64,000 nt of DNA. Origin: Candidatus Omnitrophota bacterium (lineage in GTDB: Bacteria; Omnitrophota; Gorgyraeia; Zapsychrales; JANLHA01). Positions within the stretch are counted from its first letter, which is position 1. Below are more notes on the stretch, generated by a model. The model was not told the DNA's origin, made no database searches, and was given only the letters and a program-made list of their open reading frames with translations. Location of the stretch: the NCBI GenBank assembly GCA_029560465.1, contig JAKQKX010000073.1:79411-143410 (forward strand). The letters are read 5' to 3'. The letters are not shown here.

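Overview
Bacterial chromosomal window with almost all genes on the + strand. 1-3.5 kb is housekeeping: 3' end of gyrA, tRNA-Glu(TTC), a Nit-family amidase and malate dehydrogenase. 3.6-23.6 kb is an expanded Tad/Flp pilus locus. It holds a parvulin lipoprotein, CpaB, a secretin fused to a TonB-C-like domain, a CpaE-CpaF fusion ATPase, DUF192, an HTH/transposase-like protein, eleven tandem prepilin-like genes (two are large Cys-rich adhesin candidates), TadB and TadC. From ATG 24327 to the window end there is ONE uninterrupted reading frame (at least 39,674 nt, at least 13,224 aa). The ORF track omits it because no stop codon falls in the window. Hand translation gives this order: signal/TM segment, C39 cysteine peptidase, glycine-zipper membrane segments, helical repeats, a second hydrophobic block and a degenerate SecA-like SF2 ATPase. 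A string of effector-like modules follows: zincin protease(s), a pseudokinase, two SAM methyltransferases, tandem GGEEF cyclases, a RelE-like domain and a ParB/Srx-like domain. Most of these modules are bounded by a recurrent SSP[IV] linker. The giant gene has a sigma70-type promoter and a structured, terminator-containing leader. The layout resembles Candidatus Omnitrophota (inference). It suggests a Tad-associated, self-processing multi-effector delivery protein (inference). All domain calls come from motif reading by eye, not database searches.
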